A DNA stretch of 64,000 nucleotides from Octopus vulgaris (taxonomy: Eukaryota). The first letter of the stretch is position 1. The number at the start of each line of letters is the position of its first letter. The stretch covers positions 73,904,001 to 73,968,000 of the forward strand of contig OX597820.1 in the NCBI GenBank assembly GCA_951406725.2, in the 5' to 3' direction. The position numbers were made by a program, and so were the translations under genes. Positions 56,473 through 64,000 of this stretch are shown here, piece by piece. The notes under the pieces are model-generated. The model was given only the letters and a program-made list of their open reading frames with translations, did no database searches and had not been told where the DNA came from.

Positions 56473-57237
56473 TATATATAATCTATGATATTCTAGTAGG
56501 TTTCAAGTTTGTAACACCTTGATATCTCATGTTATCTCATTTTATATGCCTAAGACGTTTATTTTCTATTCTGGTTTTTATATATTTCTATACATTATAT
56601 TTGTATCTATAATTTATTTTAAGCCAAAACATAATACGATCCTTGTACAAACGAAAGAACAAGAATGTGCTTTGGAACTTTTATCTTCCACCGATGATTG
56701 TAATCGATGGTGACATGAGCGATGATTTTGCGACTATCTTATATTTTACAGAGAAATTGGAAGCCCCGAATGTAAACCACCACTTTATGCATAATACAAT
56801 ATTAATAGTTCTGTATTTCTAACTCAAATTCTGTCCTCAATAATTATAGATCTCTATTTCTAAATGTAATTCTTTTGCTTCTCGTTCAGTTTATAACGAT
56901 AACACGCATTCTTGTCTGTCTCTTGACAAAGCTTTTTTTCTCCAGCGTTCACCACGTCACCTCGTTAGGGTTAAACAGCACTTACCGAAAGTTTTCACTG
57001 TCCTGTTTTTGTTGGCAGCTTTGACGTTCCACGTATCTCAAATTTTATTTAATTTGCTTCGGGGGAGCAATTGCCTTGACGAAGACGCATCTTGTTGCAC
57101 TGCTCGCAATGCGGAGTAGGTAAATCTGCCAACAATTAAGGAAGGATTGTTTTTTATGCTGCCTTCGCGCTATAGTTCTCAATATATGATGGAACCGAAC
57201 CGAACCGAACCGAACCGTTTGTAATAGTGATACTAAT

Positions 57238-57581
57238 GCCGTAGCGTCGACTGTGGGCTGGTAGCTGTGTACAGTCGCCCCAATGGCGTCCAGAGCGAGC
57301 TCTGGTCGCCGTAGCGTCGACCGTGGGCTGGTAGCTGTGTACAGTCGCCCCAATGGCGCCAAGAGCGAGCTCTGGTCGCCGTAGCGTCGACCGTGGGCTG
57401 GTAGTTGTGTACAGTCGCCCCAATGGCGCCAAGAGCGAGCTCTGGTCGCCGTAGCGTCGACCGTGGGCTGGTAGCTGTGTACAGTCACCCCAATGGCGCC
57501 CAGAGCGAGCTCTGGTCGCCATAGCGTCGACCGTGGGCTGGTAGATGTGTACAATCGCCCCAATGGCGCCCAGAGCGAGCT
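57238..57581. repeat. GC-rich 70-bp tandem minisatellite, ~4.9 units, preceded by (GAACC)n
   Basis: Units start at 57238, 57308, 57378, 57448 and 57518 with few substitutions. Confidence 0.95.
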
Positions 57582-57660
57582 GATATTGAACCATTGTGCT
57601 CTATGGTGCCTTGCATACCATCATGGAAATATTTGATGATCCTCAGCAGTACCAGATTAT
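57582..57660 (-). pseudogene. Short RTE-type RT fragment
   Basis: LLRIIKYFHDGMQGTIEHNGSIS resembles the RTE/BovB RT segment. Confidence 0.55.
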
Positions 57661-59212
57661 CTTCGCAATTTCGACTGATTATACCTGAATTCGCTCCCAT
57701 CAGACCAGCCCCAAGGAAAAACTAAGCTAAGAGCATTAGATTCCTTGGAAGAGAAAGAGAGCGAGAGAGAGAACCAAAAATAATTGCTGTTGGAAAGGAA
57801 GACAGACAGACAGACAGACAAACATTTTACTGCCTATAACATTTCAGGAAATGAATTCTGGATTTGCCAAAACCTCTTCTTTTTCAGCCTTGTATACAAC
57901 CATATCGAAAAGCTATAACCTCATATGATGTTGGTTCCACACACCTTGTGTCTTGCCTGCTATTTATCTAAACTGTATTTCAAAATTCGCATCGTCATCT
58001 TTGGCTTTTCTTCAAATCTAATTCCTATACACATTCACAAGTAGCGCACACATACACACACCCACAGATATATGCACACATATACACAAACATACACACA
58101 CACACACGTACATACATACATACACATACACGCAGATTTACATGCACGGACACACATATACACACATGCAAATTCACATACACAGACGCACATTTACACA
58201 GATACGCACTCACACGCGAACACACAATACAACACACATATACGCACACGCACACTTATTTATATACACACACACATAAATAGTAAGGGAATTAAAAAAA
58301 TATTTTATAAAAAAGTTATAAAATCTTTTATCAGGATGCTGCTAACCTTTTTTGGAAGAAGTTTTTTTTCCTAGTGTGTGTGAGCGCTTTCGATTAACGT
58401 TTTCAAACACACGTGCTCTTGGTTAATATATGAAAGAGGAAGTTATATATATATATATATATATACACACAAACATAAATACATATAACACACATACATA
58501 CCCATACACATACATACACAAACGCGGATCCCAGACAATAGGTATATAATAGATATATTATTGTCTGTTGTACTGATACACCGATGTACCCGATACCCTT
58601 CCGGAAGAGAGAAGTGTGGTTGGAGTTGCGGGAGGGAAGTAGACAGACAATTTCATTTTCTCCATTAATACACATTTGAGATGTTTGAACCACACATGTA
58701 GATAGTTTGCATTTTATCAGCCTCATGTGGCTAATGTCATTTTATCAGCCTCATATGGTTGTGAGCTCGAATCCCGGACCGGGCTGCGTGTTGTGTTCTT
58801 GAGCAAGGCACTTTATTTCACGTTGCTCCAGTTCACTCAGCTGTAGAAATGAGTTGCGACGTCACTGGTGCCAAGCTGTATCGACCTTTGTCTTTCCCTT
58901 GGATAACACTGGTGGCGTGGAGAGGGGAGGCTGGTATACATGGGCGACTGCTGGTCTTCCATAAACAACCTTGCCCGGACTTGTGTCTAGGAGGGTAACT
59001 TTCTAGGTGCAATCCCATGGTCACTCATGACCCAAGGGGGTCTTTACCCTTTTTATGGCTAATGTCGGACAAAATTAAGGTTGTCGAATGTGCGACTCAG
59101 TTTCGATTCCATCCATTTCTCATATACCATTAGTATCTTTCTAAAACCATAAAACTGAGCCGAACATACCCTCATTCACAAACATACATACACACGTATA
59201 TGATAAAAAGGA

Positions 59213-59369
59213 AACCAAATGCTGGTATTTCGATATTTTGAATGCATTTAATATACGTGTTTCGAATAATCATGTAAGAAAGCAATTATTATGTAAGAAC
59301 TCTCTTACATAATTACTCGAAAGACATGCATTAAATGCATTTAAAATATCAAAACATCAGCATTTGGTT
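59213..59369. repeat. Fold-back inverted repeat whose apex looks like a hammerhead stem II/III remnant
   Basis: aaccaaatgctg...catgtaaga mirrors tcttacat...cagcatttggtt. Apex ttatgtaaga actc tcttacataa is followed by ctcGAAA. Confidence 0.8.
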
Positions 59370-59408
59370 GTGTCCATATTATAAACCGATTATAGACTCC
59401 ATCTAAGA

Positions 59409-59445
59409 ATATCTGAAGAAGGAATATCATTCCGAAATATAATAT
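59409..59445 (+). ncRNA. Minimal hammerhead motif with intact core
   Basis: atat-CTGAAGA-a-GGAAT atc ATTCC-GAAA-TA-TA-atat. Confidence 0.62.
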
Positions 59446-59454
59446 CAGACTACC

Positions 59455-59687
59455 TATTTCTTTACTACCCACAAGGGGCTAAACACAGAGAGGACAAACA
59501 AGGACAGATAAACGGATCAAGTCGATTATATCGACTCCAGTGCGCAACTGGTACTTATTTAATTGTCCCCGAAAGGATGAAAGGCAAAGTCGACCTCGGC
59601 GGAATTTAAACTCAGAACGTAACGGCAGACGAAATACGGCTACGTATTTCGCCCGGCGTGCTAACGTTTCTGCCAGCTCGCCGCCTT
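59455..59687 (-). mobile_element. SINE family A with 15-bp TSD
   Basis: tataatatcagacta at 59438-59452 and 59688-59702. Confidence 0.92.
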
Positions 59688-59977
59688 TATAATATCAGAC
59701 TATCGATGACTAAATTACAACAGGTATATAGCCCATTGTCTGTATTATAGTGCATTGCTGTAGCATTCACAACTTTTTATTCTTTACAAACAATACACAA
59801 TGCTTCAAGCGAACTACAATACTCTCCTATATTAAATAACACTCTTCCATAACAACGGCTCGATTAATATAACAATGATTACGGAGTGAAATGTTTTACT
59901 GAACCCGAATAAAACAATTCTGGTAAAGTATATCACATCAACGTATACATACATACATACATACATACATACATACA

Positions 59978-60011
<34 letters not shown>

Positions 60012-60773
60012 CATACATACATAAAAGGCAAACTGAATCAACCAACAGATTCGCTCATTACAAATACAATATGTAAGCGGAACAGTAAAGCTATGCAAGA
60101 CTTTTGTCAGGTTTAAAATGTGACATTGTTTTCGTTATCTACTTTCTAAAGATGGGGCTTTGTATCTTTGTTATAAACCGGCACGTTCTTCAGAGAAAGA
60201 ATTTTAATGATTGAAAGCAGAAGATACGTATGTATGTACGTATGTATGTATGTATGTATGTATGTATGTATGTATGTATGTATGTATGTATGTATGTATG
60301 TATGTATGTATGTATGTCATTATTCAGTTTATTTCAAGATTTCTTAGCAATAGAGAAAGAACAGGTTTCTAACCTAGATCCAAAGCTCCTTCATTCAAAT
60401 TTCAACATCAACAGGGTAATTTTGTTTGTCTTCTTTTATTCTTTTACTTGTTTCAATCATTTAACTGCGGCCATGCTGGATCACGGCATTTAGTCGAGCA
60501 AATCGTTCCCTTTTTTGATTGTTGATGGATCATTGCGACTAGATTAATTTAATTTAATTTATTTCAATTATTTTCCCCTTTACTTTTGAATGACTAAATC
60601 GTCTTTTTAAAACGATTGAAACCGATAGCATATTCTGATAAAAATGTAAACACTTTTTGTTCATGATAACTTCTCAAAGGCCTTTTCTTGTTATCGTTAG
60701 TACTTTCTCTCTCTCACACACAAACACACACACACCGCACACATACCACACACACACATATATATACACAGAC

Positions 60774-60804
<31 letters not shown>

Positions 60805-60889
60805 TGTATGTATGTATGTATCTATCTATCTGTCTGTCTGTCTCTCTCTCTCTCTCTAGATATATATATCTAGAGAGAAAGATAGAGAG

Positions 60890-60934
<45 letters not shown>

Positions 60935-61199
60935 GAGCAAAGCACAAGAAGTCTGGCACCCTATTATTTCAGACATTTCCCACCATCTTCTATATATATA
61001 TATGTATATTAATCCGTACAAGTATGTACCTGCTCTTCTTTCGGTCTGCAGCAATTCTGGTCGTTATGGATAAAATATATATAAAATAGGATTATAAAAT
61101 AGTAATATATTTTACAAAACAAAAGGATTGGTCGAAAATAAATTATATGTGTTAAGCGTTAATTGAAATAAGCTATTATGAGGGTCATGAACAACTGGT

Positions 61200-62445
61200 G
61201 GTATTAAGCTGTTCTATAGCAGCACCAACAGCTGCAGCAGCAACAACGACTAGTGTTACTACTCCCACCACCAATACTACTACTGCTGCTACCACCATCG
61301 CCATTACTACTACTACTACTACTATAACCCAATCACCATCGCTACAACTACAGCGGCCATCTCTATATCTTCACTACCAGCTCCACCACCATCATCATCA
61401 ACAACAAACTCTACTACCAAATTTTGGCACAAGGCCAGCAATTTTAAGGGATGGTGTAAGTCGATTGCAACGATCCCTGACCTCAACTGGTACTTAGTTT
61501 ATCGACCCCAAAAGGATGAATGCCGAAGTCGACCTCTGCGGAATTTGAACTCGGAACTTAAAGACGCACAAAATGCTGCTAAGCATTTCGCCCGGTGCCT
61601 AACGATTCAGCCAGTTCACCACCGTTGCTCCACCAAACACATTGAAACGACTACACTTAGACTATCAACCCTATCACCACCACAACCACCACCATCTCGC
61701 CAATATCATCACCATCAGCATCGCCACCACCATCGCCAACATCGCCACAATCGTCAGCACCATCACCACCATCACTCCCACCACCACCACCATCATCGCC
61801 ACCAACACCGTCACCACCATCACCATCACTATCATCATCGCCATCATCATCATCATCATCACCATCGGTGTCATCACCAGCATCATCGCTACCAATGAAA
61901 GGAGCCAAAAATAGAACCCCTCCACCACCACAGCCACCACCAATACTAACATAACCACCAGCACTAGCACCACCAGCACTAGCGCAGTACCTACCACCAC
62001 CACCACCACCACCACCACCACCACCACCACCACCACAACCACCACCACCACAACACCACCACCACACCACCACCACCACAAACACCACAAACACCTAAAC
62101 CAGCACCAGCAGCCCAACCAGTAGCAGCACCACCATCTACCACCACCGCCACCACCACAAAAAGCAAAACCACCTCAACCACCCACCCCAACACCACCAA
62201 CCACTCCACCAATAACACCAAAACCACTTCCCTCTTCATGGCTACCGCATGTACCACCACCACCAGCACCACCGTTACCACAAAACGCAAACCACCACCA
62301 TTACCACCACCACCACCACCACCACCACCATTACCACAAAAAGCAAAACCTCCACAACCACCCACCCCGCCACTCCATCACCAACACCAAAACCATTTCC
62401 CTCTTCATGGCTCCCGCATACACCACCACCACCATCACCACCTCT
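61200..62445. repeat. Degenerate CAC/CAT/CAG low-complexity region with a SINE-A fragment
   Basis: Directly visible; produces the His/Pro/Gly-rich spurious ORFs. Confidence 0.9.
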
Positions 62446-62994
62446 TATCTTACAAGCATAAGGCAATTATCTTCTTTTCCTGTGAAAGTATACGAGAATG
62501 AGTGTTATGAAGGCCAATGCTTAGAAAGTCATTTACTATCGTTTTAACGACTTCAATTTTACTAATAACTCCTAAGAAAAAACGCAAACCTTTGACAGAA
62601 CAGCAAAATAATCTCTACCACTTTGGGCAAGTGTCTTCTACTATAGAGTCGGGCCGACCAAAGCTTTGTGAGTGGATTTGGTAGACGGAAGCTGAAAAAA
62701 GCTCGTCGTACATATATATGTATAAGTATGTGTGTGTGTGTGTGTGTGTGAACGAAAAATTAATTCTAAAAATTTGAAAAAATTAATTATAATACAATAT
62801 TGATATTAAAAAAAAAATTACAAGTTTTGTGGGGGTGGGGGTGGAATCATTTCAAGACAACACAATATGACACTGAGGGAACGTTTGGGGGAAGATAGTC
62901 AGTGAGATAAATTATTACAGGCGAAAGGAATGTACTTATATGAAAAGTTGGACATACGATTTACATGATGTAACCAGGTCTTCGCACTCACACA

Positions 62995-63037
62995 TGCATG
63001 AAGACTTTAATACATATGAAATACATATACGCATGCA

Positions 63038-63073
<36 letters not shown>

Positions 63074-63175
63074 TATATGTATGTATAAATGTAAATACAC
63101 ACACATACATATATATATATATATACATATATGCATACATACATATATATATATAAATATATATATACATATATG

Positions 63176-63226
<51 letters not shown>

Positions 63227-63349
63227 ATGTATACAAATATATGTATATATATGTATACGTATACAAATATATATATATATATGTATGTATATGTATACAA
63301 ATATATATATATATATGTATGTATATGTATACAAATATATATACATACA

Positions 63350-63428
<79 letters not shown>
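62995..63428. repeat. (TA)n/(TACA)n compound microsatellite (one of dozens in the window)
   Basis: Directly visible. Confidence 0.95.
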
Positions 63429-63433
<5 letters not shown>

Positions 63434-64000
63434 TCGCCATACTAATATGGCATTCTTATAAAAATAAGAATAAAGCTGTCCGCTTATTAGCTCCATGAGG
63501 CCATCGCCTTAAGTTAGCTATTTGATACACAAACTGTATCCATATAACCTTCGAACAAGGGAGGTCAGTCGCTCCACACTACTTGACCGGCAGCTACAGA
63601 CGCGTTTCGGGGTATTGCCCCTTTTCAATGCAGCGTAGCCAGCCAGTAGGTGTCGCTGCATTGAAACGCGTCTGTAGCTGCCGGTCAAGTAGTGTGGAGC
63701 GACTGACCTCCCTTGTTCGAAGGTTATATGGATACAGTTTGTGTATCAAATAGCTAACTTAAGGCGATGGCCTCATGGAGCTAATAAGCGGACAGCTTTA
63801 TTCTTATTTTTATAAGAATGCCATATTAGTATGGCGATAACTATTATTTTCCGGGAACGCTGCCGCTGTTCTCTTTTAGAGAGACTTAGTAATTTTAATA
63901 TTTCTATTATTGAAAACAAGTGGATGTATTCCACCGAAACTAGGTAAATAAAACCATCGAACAGAGATTGTCGGAAGCGACACCTACTGGCTGGCTACGC
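63427..64000. mobile_element. Hammerhead-bearing inverted plus tandem repeat element (Penelope pLTR / retrozyme-like), running off the window end
   Basis: 63427-63634 mirrors 63655-63844. The apex 63632-63656 reappears inverted at 63976-64000. Confidence 0.8.
63593..63634 (-). ncRNA. Hammerhead with U3-A8 core, 6-bp stem I, GUC site
   Basis: Minus strand: gctgca-TTGAAAA-GGGG caata CCCC-GAAA-CGCG-TC-tgtagc. Confidence 0.75.

Noticed and set aside
57045-57594. 172-aa and 146-aa repetitive ORFs; CRISPR-like appearance
   Set aside because: Products of a 70-bp tandem repeat with no spacers, in a eukaryotic context.
61545-62501. His/Pro/Gly-rich ORFs
   Set aside because: Degenerate trinucleotide low-complexity DNA.

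Overview
AT-rich eukaryotic DNA saturated with microsatellites and transposon debris. The SINE repertoire and repeat style resemble an octopus/cephalopod genome (inference). I found no credible host protein-coding gene; most long ORFs in the track are translations of simple repeats. Transposons identified: a near-full-length Tx1/L1-clade LINE (39862-45299, minus) inserted in a tRNA-SINE that itself interrupts a piggyBac; a decayed MULE; R4/Dong-like REL retrotransposon fragments beside (TAA)n; RTE fragments; a mariner carrying a nested DD40D Tc1/mariner element; two hAT-type MITE copies; a HINE/DINE-1-like element; and at least four tRNA-SINE families. The most striking hidden layer is about a dozen type I hammerhead ribozyme motifs found by eye. 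One is fully canonical and extended (36161-36240). Others are U3-A8 core variants, long-stem-II variants, or minimal palindromic-stem-III forms. Many sit in elements abutting (TA)n tracts and/or forming 150-420 bp fold-back inverted repeats, an architecture consistent with Penelope-like pLTRs or non-LTR retrozymes. Second highlight: the Tx1 LINE 3' UTR shares an exact 26-nt block with the tail of the most abundant SINE, suggesting a LINE-SINE partnership. All structures were paired manually; nothing was computed or searched.
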